Of a DNA stretch of 53,127 bases, positions 30,727-40,291 are shown piece after piece. The position numbers were made by a program, and so were the translations under genes. This stretch comes from Eubacteriales bacterium (GTDB taxonomy: Bacteria > Bacillota > Clostridia > Oscillospirales > CAG-272). The stretch spans positions 1 to 53,127 of the forward strand of contig JAZNDP010000100.1 of NCBI GenBank assembly GCA_045588165.1. Reading direction: 5' to 3'. The notes below the pieces were generated by a model, which was not told the DNA's origin, did no database searches, and was given only the letters and a program-made list of their open reading frames with translations. The stretch's first letter is position 1; each line of letters begins with the position of its first letter.

Positions 30727-30742
30727 GCTCGGAGACGAGCCG
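30727..30742. repeat. Right copy of the 16-bp perfect inverted repeat
   Basis: GCTCGGAGACGAGCCG. It is embedded in GGAGACG-ctc-GGAGACG and followed by the hairpin GGAACGCC-ggaac-GGCGTTCC (30742-62). Confidence 0.9.
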
Positions 30743-30779
30743 GAACGCCGGAACGGCGTTCCTTTGTATCTATGGATAC

Positions 30780-30836
30780 CCGCACAAAGAGGGAGGCGCT
30801 GCCAAGGCGGTTTAGCCGGCAGCGCCTCCCGTGCGG
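30780..30836 (-). terminator. Long GC-rich hairpin downstream of the right-end gene (possible terminator)
   Basis: CCGCAC..GGGAGGCGCTGCC (30791-30803) / GGCAGCGCCTCCC (30818-30830) GTGCGG. The minus-strand U-tract is weak (UCUUUG). Confidence 0.45.
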
Positions 30837-30845
30837 AATTTGCTT

Positions 30846-31151
30846 TTAATGCCTTATTGTGAGAAGCTCTGCTTCCGGATCCGCAAGAAAGTCCTGGATG
30901 ACGTCCTCCAGATGAATCGGATCCAGCTCCTTGATAGTACATAGATCTGCTAGTTGCTTGATTTCTTCGTAATCGGTTGATACGTCAGATACGAAGGTGA
31001 TTTCTTCTTCTACTGTGCGTACGCTCAGACTGTAGGTTACGTAAGTACCGAGTTCATCAGACGTGAGCGTTTCCTGCACGGGTACGTAGCGGTATTTCGG
31101 CTTTCGTACAGCAGAGAAGATTGGATTGTGGTGAATTGTGTTTTTGGACAT
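30846..31151 (-). CDS. Hypothetical 101-aa protein (DUF6514-like by recollection) at the element's right end
   Basis: SD AAGGAGG precedes ATG 31151. ...VSDVSTDYEEIKQLADLCTIKELDPIHLEDVIQDFLA resembles a small Clostridial family. The family name is low confidence. Confidence 0.7.
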   Translation of the reverse strand: MSKNTIHHNPIFSAVRKPKYRYVPVQETLTSDELGTYVTYSLSVRTVEEEITFVSDVSTDYEEIKQLADLCTIKELDPIHLEDVIQDFLADPEAELLTIRH

Positions 31152-31210
31152 AATACAGTCCTCCTTAATATATTTGAACTGCCGATAACGGCAAGTCCCT
31201 CTGAAAGAGT

Positions 31211-31230
31211 CAGTTATATTAGGCTCTTCC
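31211..31230. other. attR (element arm CAGTTATATTAGGCT 31211-25 plus core TTCC 31227-30)
   Basis: See attL. The host sequence resumes ...CC-TGAAGGGCTCCCGATGATG. Confidence 0.8.
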
Positions 31231-32998
31231 TGAAGGGCTCCCGATGATGATTGCCGTGGTGCTGTCCGCCAATATCCGAAGAATGATTCGGGATCAGGTG
31301 TTGGTGCGAAAGCCTGTGGGTATTGAGGCGGCGGGGAGCATGAATCTCCTCTTTACCGATAAAACGGGAACCCTGACTGAGGGGAAGATGAGCGTATGCT
31401 CCATTCTCGGCGCCGACGGTGCGGAATATACTTCCTATTCGGATTTGAAGAAAAGAGCTCCCTTACTGGCGGGGCAATACGAGTTTTCCTGCCGATACAA
31501 TACGGCGTCTGCTTGGTCGGAGGGGAAGGTTTTGGGAGGAAATGCGACCGATCGGGCGCTTCTGTCTTCCATTCCTCCCGCATCTTTGGGCATGTGGGAG
31601 GTTTTGGAGCGACTGCCCTTTGACAGCGCCAAAAAGTATGCCGCCGTTTCTCTAAGAGGAGAACGGGGGCAGCGTCGCGTATTGGTAAAGGGTGCTCCCG
31701 AGCGGCTGATTTCCTCGGTTCGTTACGCATACGTGGGAGAGGGAAGAGTAGCGGCATTTGCTCCTTTTTCCTATTCTTTTTTACGGCGCATCGAGGAAAT
31801 GACCGCAGGGGGCGGGCGTGTGCTTCTCCTTGCCGAGGGAGAGCAAATGACAGATGGCGCTTTTGGGGAGCTGACTTTGATAGGCGCAGTACTTCTGCGG
31901 GATCCGATCCGTCGGGAAGCAAGGGGCGCGATCCGACAGCTGAGAGGCGCGGGGATTCACGTGGTGATGATTACGGGAGACCATCCCGCAACGGCTCGAA
32001 GTATTGCGGAGGAGTGCGGGTTGCTTACAAAAACCTGTGATCTTGTGGTGACGGGAGAGGAGCTGGCGGCGATGTCGGACGAGGCTCTTGGGGAGCGGCT
32101 GTCCCGTCTTGCGGTGGTGGCAAGGGCATTGCCATCGGATAAAAGCCGTTTGGTTCGTCTGGCGCAGGAGAAGGATCTGGTGGTTGGCATGACGGGGGAC
32201 GGGATCAACGATGCCCCTGCGCTGAAGCGTGCCGACATTGGATTTGCCATGGGGTCGGGAACTCACGTGGCACGGGACGCGGGGGATATTATTATTCTGG
32301 ATAACAATCTGTCCTCCATTGCCCGAGCGGTGCTGTACGGTCGAACCATCTTCAAGAGCATCCGAAAGTTTATCACCCTCCAGCTGACCATGAACTTCTG
32401 CGCAGTAGGGGTGTCCATGATCGGACCCTTTGTGGGTATTGACGCGCCTGTTACGGTGGTACAGATGCTGTGGATCAATATCATTATGGATACCTTGGGC
32501 GGTCTTGCCTTCGCGGGGGAGGCTCCTCTGGATTCTTACATGAGGGAAAAGCCGAAGCGACGGGATGAGCCGATACTGAATGGGTATATGATCCATCAGA
32601 TCCTTTTGCTTGGCGGCTTTACCGTAGGACTTTGTCTGACCTTTTTGCTACACCCTACGCTGTGCGCTCTCTTTCGCCAGACTCCCAATCGGCTCTGTCA
32701 GCTAACAGCATTCTTTGCGTTGTTCATTTTTACCTCGGTGTTCAATTGCTTCAATGCCAGAACCGATCGCCTGCGGCTTTTTGCCGGGGTATCCCGCAAC
32801 CGCGCATTTCGGGGGATCATGCTTCTCGTTTGTCTGACGCAGATCCTGTTCGTTTATCTGGGGGGATCGGTTCTGCGTACCATGCCTCTGACTCCAAGGG
32901 AGCTGGGAACGACGCTGTTGCTTTCCCTCAGCGTTTTTCCCGCGGAGCTTCTGCGAAAGCTTCTCTGGCGTATGGGTGGGAAGCAAGAGGGCTTTTAA
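31229..32998 (+). pseudogene. P-type cation-transporting ATPase, C-terminal fragment
   Basis: The frame reads (P)EGLPMMIAVVLS..., then the phosphorylation motif FTDKTGTLTEG, the hinge MTGDGINDAPALKRADIG and C-terminal TM helices. It is in frame with the N-terminal fragment once 12894-31230 is removed. Confidence 0.9.
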
Positions 32999-33120
32999 CC
33001 AAAAAGGAAAAAGTCGAAAAAAATTTGTACGCGTTGTTACATTTTACGCCTTCGCGTTGACAAATCCGAGAAAAAGGATTATAATATAAAGGATGATTGT
33101 AGAAACGGAGGACAGAAACG

Positions 33121-34131
33121 TTGAAGAAAATGCGATATATTGCCCTTTCGTTCCTTGTCGCGGCGCTGCTTCTTTGCTTCTGCGCGTGTACCGACGGGGA
33201 GGAGCAGGAGGAACCGGCGCTGTTTGCCGTGACCTTTGATTCCAATGGAGGAACGGCGGTGTCCTCGCAACAGATTCCCTCGGGAGAGCTTGCCAAGGAG
33301 CCATCGATTCCCGTAAGAGAGGGATATATATTTGACTGTTGGAGAAATGCCGAAACAGGACAGCTGTGGAGCTTTACGGGAACCTACGTGGTGGGCAACG
33401 TAACCCTTCGCGCGGAGTGGATCGAGGCGTCAAGGATCTTTGAGATTGAGCGGATCGGGGAGAGTGATACGGCGCGTATTATTCGTCTGACAGACAAGGA
33501 AAGAAAAGAATACACCATTCCCTCCGCGATCAACGGGTTTACTGTGGTCAGCATTGGAAAGGATGCTTTTTCCGCATTGGATTCTGAAAAGGTATACAAG
33601 ATTTCTCTGCCTGAAACGGTAACTCAGGTAGAGGAGGGGGCATTTTTGGACTGCGACGGAATCAAGATCACCGTGGGCGGTAAGCTGACTGCGGTGGGAG
33701 AGCAGGCGTTCAAAAATTGCGACAGGCTGGAGCGGATTACCTTGGCGGAGGGATTGACCGAGATCAGTGCCGAGGCGTTTTGGGGCTGTTCCGCGTTGCG
33801 AGAGCTTCGTGTCCCTGCCACGGTGCGTTTCATTGGAGAAAATGCCATGCAGGATTGCGGAGGACTTCGGTCCATCCAGATCTGCGAGGGGATAGAATCG
33901 ATCGGAAACAGCGCTTTTTTGGGCTGTAACGCATTAAAGGCGGTTTATTTCAGAGGCGACGAGGCTCGTCTGGAGGAGATGTTAGAGGAAGCCGACGCCT
34001 TGAACGACCCATTGGTGGACTGTGAAAAATTTTACCTGTATTCCGAGACGAAGCCCGAGAGAGAAACGGTGTTTGAGGGATATTGGTATTTGGATGAAAA
34101 CAACAATTTCCGTCTGTGGAAGATGGAATAG
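33121..34131 (+). CDS. Surface lipoprotein with Listeria-Bacteroides (InlB B-type) repeat and BspA-type leucine-rich repeats
   Basis: Signal/lipobox-like LLLCFCAC. FDSNGGTAVSSQQIPSGELAKEPSIPVREGYIFDCW is the flexible-repeat pattern. It is followed by repeated I...AF..C..L..I.LP units. Confidence 0.8.
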   Translation: MKKMRYIALSFLVAALLLCFCACTDGEEQEEPALFAVTFDSNGGTAVSSQQIPSGELAKEPSIPVREGYIFDCWRNAETGQLWSFTGTYVVGNVTLRAEWIEASRIFEIERIGESDTARIIRLTDKERKEYTIPSAINGFTVVSIGKDAFSALDSEKVYKISLPETVTQVEEGAFLDCDGIKITVGGKLTAVGEQAFKNCDRLERITLAEGLTEISAEAFWGCSALRELRVPATVRFIGENAMQDCGGLRSIQICEGIESIGNSAFLGCNALKAVYFRGDEARLEEMLEEADALNDPLVDCEKFYLYSETKPERETVFEGYWYLDENNNFRLWKME

Positions 34132-34140
34132 GAGGAAGCG

Positions 34141-35253
34141 TTGAAAAAGGATTGTAAACAGCTCTGCGCCAAAAGGACCTCTATCGGAGGGCAGGCGCTG
34201 ATTGAAGGAATTATGATGCGAGGACCGAAAACCTCCGCTATGGCGGTGCGGACTCCCGACGGGGAGATCGTATTGGAAAAATGGGAAACACGGGCAACGG
34301 GAAAATCCAAGCTGACCCGCCTTCCCGTTATTCGCGGTGTGTTTAATTTCGTTACCTCCATGATTGACGGCTATAAGTGCCTGATGCGCTCGGCGGAGCT
34401 CGCGGGCTTGGAGGAAGCCATTGAGGAGGAGCAACGCCAGAAGGAAGCCAAGAAGGCCGAGAAACGGGCGAAAAAAAACGAGAACGCGGAACCATCGACA
34501 GAAGAATCTGTCCCTGTGGTCACGGATGCGGAAGAAAAAAAGACCGAGGAAAAGAGTTCCTCGGCGCTGATGGGTGTTCTGATGGTTGTGGCTACCGTGT
34601 TGGGTGTGGTTCTGGCAGTTGGACTGTTTATCATGCTTCCCACCTTTCTCTACGGACTTCTGGAGCGATGGATACCGTTCCTCTCCTCTTCCAACGCCGC
34701 ATTGGATTCCTTGCTCAAATCGGTGTTTGAGGGAGTTTTGAAGATCGTGATTCTGGTGGCGTACATGGCTCTGGTTTCCCGCATGAAGGAGATCAAGCGG
34801 ACATTCATGTACCACGGAGCGGAGCACAAGACCATCTTTTGCTACGAGGACGGCAAGCCTCTGACGGTGGAGAATGTGCGCATGGAGCGCCGCTTCCATC
34901 CCAGATGCGGAACCTCCTTCCTGATTTTGATGCTGTTGGTTGGTATTTTCGTGGGGTTCTTCATTGATCCTCTGTTTATTCTGATCTTTGGAGAGGAATT
35001 TCTGTCTCTCGGTTGGATCTATACAGCGATCCGCGCGGCAGTGAAGCTGTTGATGTTGCCCCTGACCATGGGTATCGGATACGAGCTGATTAAGCTGGCG
35101 GGAAAAAAGGGAAACGCCTTTACCCGCGTAATTTCCGCCCCCGGTCTTTGGCTGCAGCGGCTGACGGTTCTGGAGCCTACCGATGATATGATCGAGTGCG
35201 CCATTACCGCATTCAAGGAGGTCATCCCTCCCGAGGAGACCGAACAGGCATAA
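34141..35253 (+). CDS. DUF1385 (YqhQ-like) membrane protein
   Basis: Signature IGGQALIEGIMMRGP near the N-terminus, HGAEHK motif, and several TM helices. Confidence 0.85.
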   Translation: MKKDCKQLCAKRTSIGGQALIEGIMMRGPKTSAMAVRTPDGEIVLEKWETRATGKSKLTRLPVIRGVFNFVTSMIDGYKCLMRSAELAGLEEAIEEEQRQKEAKKAEKRAKKNENAEPSTEESVPVVTDAEEKKTEEKSSSALMGVLMVVATVLGVVLAVGLFIMLPTFLYGLLERWIPFLSSSNAALDSLLKSVFEGVLKIVILVAYMALVSRMKEIKRTFMYHGAEHKTIFCYEDGKPLTVENVRMERRFHPRCGTSFLILMLLVGIFVGFFIDPLFILIFGEEFLSLGWIYTAIRAAVKLLMLPLTMGIGYELIKLAGKKGNAFTRVISAPGLWLQRLTVLEPTDDMIECAITAFKEVIPPEETEQA

Positions 35254-35255
35254 TG

Positions 35256-35294
35256 AAAAAGGATCCGAGTCACTGTGACTCGGATCCTTTTTTT
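35256..35294. terminator. Bidirectional terminator between convergent genes
   Basis: A5-GGATCCGAGT (35261-70) / ACTCGGATCC (35278-87)-T7. Confidence 0.7.
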
Positions 35295-37476
35295 AGTTTT
35301 CCGAAGAATCGTCGGTCTCCTTGTCGGAGTCCTCGGTTTCTTTGTTGGGAAGATCCTCCACGGAGGTATCCTCATCAAGGGATTCTTCCTCAGGGAGAAC
35401 GTCTGCATTCTCCTCGGTGGGGAGGGCGTCTTCCTCTACGTGTAGGGGAACGTCCACGTCAACCCGAAGCTTTTCCGCCTCCTCCTGACGCTTTCTTTCC
35501 TCTATTGCTTCTTTGCGGCGGCGCTCGTCGTTCTCGGCGCGGCTTCTCCGCTTTTTCGCCTCGGTCATTTCCTCCAGCTCCTCAAAGGAGGGGGCTCCGT
35601 TCATGGCGGCTTCAAATTGCTCGCCGTCCATGATCTCGTTCTTCATCAGGAATTCGGAGATGAAGTGTAGCTTATCGATCTGCTCGGTGAGAATCTTCTT
35701 GGCGCGGGTATATGCCTCGTCGATGATGGCGTGAATTTCCTTGTCAATGGTAGCGGCAGTCTCATCGGAATAATCCTGAGAGCTGGAAAAGTCTCTGCCA
35801 AGGAATACCTCGCTCTGGCCGGAGCCAAAGCGGCGGGGGCCCAGCACGTCGCTCATGCCAAGCTGTGTGACCATCTTCTTGGCAATATCGGTGGCGCGCT
35901 GAATATCGTTGGAGGCACCGCCCGAAATATCACCGAAGATCAGCTCCTCGGCGGCGCGTCCGCCCAACAACATAGCGATCTTTTCCTTCAATTCTTCTTT
36001 ATAAACGCTGAATTTGTCCTCCTTGGGAGGATTCAGGGTGTATCCTAATGCGTTTCCGCTGGGGATAATGGAGATCTGCTGAACGGGATCCATATAGGGA
36101 AGCATATGGGCGATGATGGCGTGACCCGCCTCGTGATACGCCGTGTTCTTCTTTTCCCGCTCCTTCATGGCGCGGGTTTTCTTCTTGGGACCCGCAATGA
36201 CCTTGATATAGGCGTCCTCGATATCCTCCATGCCAATGAGGGATTTTCCGCGGCGAGCCGCAAGGAGAGATGCCTCATTGAGCAGGTTGGCAAGATCGGC
36301 GCCCGTAAAGCCCGCGGTAGTCTTGGCGATTTTGGCAAGATCTACACCCTCCTCCAGAGGCTTGTTTCTGGTGTGCACCTTCAGGATCTCCTCTCTACCC
36401 TTGATATCAGGGTAGTTGACGGTAATCTGTCGGTCGAAGCGTCCGGGACGGAGCAGTGCGGGGTCCAGAATATCGGGGCGGTTGGTAGCGGCGATGACGA
36501 TGATTCCGTCATGAGAGCCAAAGCCGTCCATTTCTACCAACAGCTGGTTCAAAGTCTGCTCGCGCTCGTCGTGACCGCCGCCGAGACCTGCGCCTCTGTG
36601 ACGGCCTACGGCATCGATCTCATCAATAAAGATGATAGATGCGGGGGCTTTTCTTGCGTTTTCAAACAGATCGCGGACACGGGACGCGCCAACGCCCACG
36701 TACATTTCCACGAAATCCGATCCCGAGATGGAGAAGAAGGGAACACCCGCTTCTCCCGCCACTGCCTTGGCAAGCAGGGTCTTACCCGTACCGGGAGGGC
36801 CCATCAGCAGAACACCGTGAGGAATCTTTGCGCCGAGCTTACAGAATTTCTGGGGATCCTTGAGGAATTCCACAACCTCCTCCAGCTCTTCCTTTTCCTC
36901 GTCGGCACCCGCGACGTCGCGGAACAGGATCCGCTCCTTGGAGCTGTCGGCGGTTTTGACCCGAGCCTTGCCAAAGTTCATCATTTTCCCCGCGCCGCCC
37001 TTACCGCCTGCCGCCTGCTTGGCGATGACGAAATAGAGGATCACGATAATGACGATCACGATGATATACGGCAGGAAGGCAACCCAGATAGGTGTGGTCG
37101 CCTCGGGCTGAACGTCACAGCTTGCCAGATCGAGGTTCTGATTGTTTTTGTAGTATTCGGTAAACTGTCCTACGAAATCAACGTAAGCGGGAAGCTGATA
37201 GCCAATGGTTTTTGTAGCCGTACCTTCCACCAGTTTTCCGTTTTCATCCACGGGCAAATTACCGTTCTCGTCCAGCACGTAGACCTTCATGGTCAGATAG
37301 TAGCTGTCGTCTACCACGAATTCGGCAACGGCATCCTTCTCAAAATAGTTTAGCACGTCACCGTACTGAATCGCTTCCTCTCCCACATTCTGTCGGAACA
37401 TCAGCGTCAGCGCGGCAAAAATGCCCACAATGAGCAAAAAATAAAAGATCAGAATTTTAAAATTATTTTTTTTCAT
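35293..37476 (-). CDS. ftsH: ATP-dependent zinc metalloprotease FtsH
   Basis: AAA Walker [19 protein letters not shown], Walker [10 protein letters not shown], protease motif HEAGHA, an N-terminal TM pair, and an acidic C-terminal tail. Confidence 0.95.
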   Translation of the reverse strand: MKKNNFKILIFYFLLIVGIFAALTLMFRQNVGEEAIQYGDVLNYFEKDAVAEFVVDDSYYLTMKVYVLDENGNLPVDENGKLVEGTATKTIGYQLPAYVDFVGQFTEYYKNNQNLDLASCDVQPEATTPIWVAFLPYIIVIVIIVILYFVIAKQAAGGKGGAGKMMNFGKARVKTADSSKERILFRDVAGADEEKEELEEVVEFLKDPQKFCKLGAKIPHGVLLMGPPGTGKTLLAKAVAGEAGVPFFSISGSDFVEMYVGVGASRVRDLFENARKAPASIIFIDEIDAVGRHRGAGLGGGHDEREQTLNQLLVEMDGFGSHDGIIVIAATNRPDILDPALLRPGRFDRQITVNYPDIKGREEILKVHTRNKPLEEGVDLAKIAKTTAGFTGADLANLLNEASLLAARRGKSLIGMEDIEDAYIKVIAGPKKKTRAMKEREKKNTAYHEAGHAIIAHMLPYMDPVQQISIIPSGNALGYTLNPPKEDKFSVYKEELKEKIAMLLGGRAAEELIFGDISGGASNDIQRATDIAKKMVTQLGMSDVLGPRRFGSGQSEVFLGRDFSSSQDYSDETAATIDKEIHAIIDEAYTRAKKILTEQIDKLHFISEFLMKNEIMDGEQFEAAMNGAPSFEELEEMTEAKKRRSRAENDERRRKEAIEERKRQEEAEKLRVDVDVPLHVEEDALPTEENADVLPEEESLDEDTSVEDLPNKETEDSDKETDDSSEN

Positions 37477-37510
37477 CAGGTTTAGCCTTTCCTGTTTTGG
37501 TTTCGGTCAT

Positions 37511-38905
37511 TCAATATAAATAGAAATGTAGACAGCACGCGCCCGCATCCTCGGGAGAGCAGGCTACGCCGTCCCGCGTACCGATCATGGGGACGGCAAC
37601 AATACCGTCCTCGTCACAGATTACGGGCAGACGGGAGCGCAAGAATTGGGGAATCTTCTTGTCACACATTAGCTTTTTCAGGCTTTTGTGCATGCCTCCC
37701 ATTCGGATTCGGTCACCCGCCACTCGGCTTCGCGCGATCAGCGTCCCATTTATTGTAGCAGAATCAAGAGACAACAATATAGATTTTTTGTAAACATTTT
37801 TCTCACTTTGTGATGATCCGATGACGATTTCAAAGTTGGTTTGTGAAATCAGGTTTGATCCCGACTTTAAAGCGACGCGATAAGGCTCTGTGGCAGAGAT
37901 TTTCTCCGCATGCCTTAAAATCAGCCGTCCCTCCTCGATCACACCCTCACATCGGCAAGGCAGACAGACACGGGAATGGGGAACACCGCGCTTCGCCAGG
38001 CCCCTCAGCGCCTCCACGTGGGAGGATTCCAGAACGGCTCCCTCGGTAAGCTCCGAGAAGAGACGGCGCAGAGCGCGATTTGCGATGGCATCGGGGGATG
38101 TGTAAAGCTTTTCGGTATCCACCGAGAAGCCATCTCGAAAATCCTCCAAAAAGAGATCGGTCATGCGTTCCAGACAGAGCGAGTCGGCGCGCAGATTGGT
38201 TGTCAGCGTTGCGGCGTTTTTCACCGCGGCGGGGTTGATCTCCCGCAGGGCGGGTACCACGTTGGCGCGGAGCTTGTTTCGGGTGTAGTCGGTATCGATA
38301 TTGGTGCTGTCGGTAACGAAGGAGAGGGAATGGTGTTCGCAGTATGCGAGAATTTCCTCTCGGGTCATGCCGAGAATAGGGCGAACCAGCGTTCCTGTAC
38401 CGCAGGCGCGGCAAGGGGGGATTCCACAGATACCGCCAAGACCGCTTCCGCGGATCAGGTGATGAAGAATGGTTTCCAGATTGTCGTCTGCGTTGTGGGC
38501 GGTGACCAGCAGAGGAATTTTCCGTTCCTCCATGATCCGCTCAAAAAAATCGTAGCGAACGCGACGGGCGGCAGTTTCTATGCTATCTCCGCTCTTCTTT
38601 GCCTCGGCAGGAACATCCGCACGGCATACAAGCAGTTCCACACCAAGGGTACGGGCGGTATCCATGCAGAATTGCTCGTCCCGATCTGCCTCCTTGCCGC
38701 GAATCCCATGGTTTACGTGAGCGGCGCAGATGGGGGCACCCGTATGCTTACCGTACTCCAGCATCATGTGCAACAGCGCAGAGGAATCGGCGCCACCCGA
38801 ATATGCCACCAAAATGGGGGTATTCTCGGGCAGTCCCGTCAGGACTGCAGGGGAGGTGAAGGTACGGGGCAGGGCATGGAAGATGGTTTTTGACATGGAG
38901 ATCAT
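37511..38905 (-). CDS. tilS: tRNA(Ile)-lysidine synthetase
   Basis: PP-loop VAYSGGADSSALLH plus a C-terminal TilS substrate-binding region. The start overlaps the dnaB stop by 4 nt. Confidence 0.9.
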   Translation of the reverse strand: MISMSKTIFHALPRTFTSPAVLTGLPENTPILVAYSGGADSSALLHMMLEYGKHTGAPICAAHVNHGIRGKEADRDEQFCMDTARTLGVELLVCRADVPAEAKKSGDSIETAARRVRYDFFERIMEERKIPLLVTAHNADDNLETILHHLIRGSGLGGICGIPPCRACGTGTLVRPILGMTREEILAYCEHHSLSFVTDSTNIDTDYTRNKLRANVVPALREINPAAVKNAATLTTNLRADSLCLERMTDLFLEDFRDGFSVDTEKLYTSPDAIANRALRRLFSELTEGAVLESSHVEALRGLAKRGVPHSRVCLPCRCEGVIEEGRLILRHAEKISATEPYRVALKSGSNLISQTNFEIVIGSSQSEKNVYKKSILLSLDSATINGTLIARSRVAGDRIRMGGMHKSLKKLMCDKKIPQFLRSRLPVICDEDGIVAVPMIGTRDGVACSPEDAGACCLHFYLY

Positions 38906-40236
38906 TCCTCCAGATTCTTTTCCAGAGAGAGGAACTTGGTGTACCGTCCGATCCAGCCCACCTCTACGGTTCCTTGAGAGCCGTGACGGTTCTTGGCGAT
39001 AATCACCTCGGCGGTATTACCGTCCTCACTGCGGGCATCTGCATCGTAGTATTCGTTTCGGTAGAGGAAGATAACGGTATCGGCATCCTGCTCGATGGAT
39101 CCCGATTCACGAAGGTCGGACAGCATGGGACGCTTGTCGGTACGGCTCTCGGGTCCACGAGAGAGCTGAGAGCAGCAGATAATGGGTACGTTTAACTCCT
39201 TTGCCATCAGCTTCAGGTTGCGGGAGATCTCCGCCACCTCCTGAACGCGGTTGTCGGTGCGACGGTCGCTTTGCATCAGCTGGAGGTAGTCGATGACGAC
39301 CAGTCCCAGATTTTGTACGCGGCGAAGCTTACCCTTCATACCCGACACGGTAATACCTGCCGTATCGTCGATCAGCATGTTACAGGTAGCCAGCTTGCTT
39401 GCAGCCCCCGCCAGATCCTCCCATTGCTTGGAGTCCAGCTTGCCGGTACGGAGGGCATAGCTGTCGATGAGCGCCTCGCTGGAAAGAATACGGGTTACCA
39501 ACTGCTCGGCAGACATTTCCAGGGAGAAAATGCAAACGTTCTTTCCGGTTTGAAGCGCCACGTTTGTGGCAATATTCAGACAGAAGGAGGTCTTACCCAT
39601 ACCGGGGCGGGCACCTACTAAAATCAGGTCGGAGTTGCCCATTCCTGCCAGCATGGTATCAATGCCGGAAAATCCGGTCTTGGTTCCTCTGGCGCCTTCT
39701 CCTTCCTCGGCGACGGTATGAAGCTCGCCGTAGACGTTTTGCAGTACGTCCTGAATACGGCGGAAGCTCTTGGTATCCCGTCCTTGGGCAATATCAAAGA
39801 TCATTGCCGACGCATAATCCACCAGCTCCTCGGTAGCGCCTTCCTCGCTGTACGCCTTATCCGAAATATCGGAGCAGACGCTGATCAGCTGACGAAGACG
39901 GCTCTTGTTTCTGACAATGGTGGCATAGTCCTTGATATTCAGGGAATTGGATACCGACTGATACAGGGAGCGGATATAGTCTTCTCCTCCCGATTTGCTG
40001 TATATTCCCTTGGTGACTAAGGTATCAATGAGGGTTACTACGTCGATCTCCTTATTGATGAGGAAGAGCTCCTGCATAGCGGTGAAGATCTGAGTGTGCT
40101 CATTCAGATAAAAATCAGAGGGGGAAATCAGCTCGGTTATGTCGTTCATCGCCTCGGGATCCACCAGAATGGCACCGAGAAGCGATTGCTCGGCAATCAG
40201 GGAGAAGGGTAATTTTCTTACAAGTTCGTCATTCAT
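38902..40236 (-). CDS. dnaB: Replicative DNA helicase (DnaB family)
   Basis: Walker A GARPGMGKTSFCLNIA, Walker B VVIDYLQLM, and the DnaB N-terminal domain LPFSLIAEQSLLGAIL. Confidence 0.95.
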   Translation of the reverse strand: MNDELVRKLPFSLIAEQSLLGAILVDPEAMNDITELISPSDFYLNEHTQIFTAMQELFLINKEIDVVTLIDTLVTKGIYSKSGGEDYIRSLYQSVSNSLNIKDYATIVRNKSRLRQLISVCSDISDKAYSEEGATEELVDYASAMIFDIAQGRDTKSFRRIQDVLQNVYGELHTVAEEGEGARGTKTGFSGIDTMLAGMGNSDLILVGARPGMGKTSFCLNIATNVALQTGKNVCIFSLEMSAEQLVTRILSSEALIDSYALRTGKLDSKQWEDLAGAASKLATCNMLIDDTAGITVSGMKGKLRRVQNLGLVVIDYLQLMQSDRRTDNRVQEVAEISRNLKLMAKELNVPIICCSQLSRGPESRTDKRPMLSDLRESGSIEQDADTVIFLYRNEYYDADARSEDGNTAEVIIAKNRHGSQGTVEVGWIGRYTKFLSLEKNLEE

Positions 40237-40291
40237 TGCTTTGATGATCCTTTGTGCTTTCTTTTTTACCTTCTTGTGATTGGGTTAAATC

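Larger units (their letters stand above)
12894..31230. mobile_element. ~18.3-kb integrated element (serine-recombinase integrase, RCR Rep, membrane-protein module); candidate inovirus-like prophage or novel integrative element
   Basis: It interrupts the ATPase ORF and is bounded by a TTCC core with inverted-repeat arms. Base composition is clearly more AT-rich than the flanks. The integrase lies next to attL. A lysogeny-type switch and a Rep gene lie inside. Confidence 0.9.

Noticed and set aside
30340-30815. Track ORFs 30342..30815 (+, 157 aa) and 30340..30675 (-, 111 aa) in the right arm of the element.
   Set aside because: Their composition is Arg/Ser/Pro/Gly-rich. They have no SD and they run straight through intrinsic terminators and poly-A/T tracts. 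I treat the region as non-coding and structured.
31152-31229. Possible promoter for the right-end 101-aa gene created across the att junction.
   Set aside because: The TATATT candidate lies only 15 nt from the ATG, within the SD region. The TAATAT candidate lacks a convincing -35 in either the integrated or the circular configuration.
12894-31230. Interpretation of the island as an ordinary tailed prophage, a PICI-type satellite or a Tn916-like ICE.
   Set aside because: I recognise no terminase, portal, capsid, tail or lysin genes, no primase-helicase/packaging-hijack set, and no VirB4, VirB6-like, coupling-protein plus cell-wall-hydrolase set. Homology searches were not possible, so this rests on motif recognition only.
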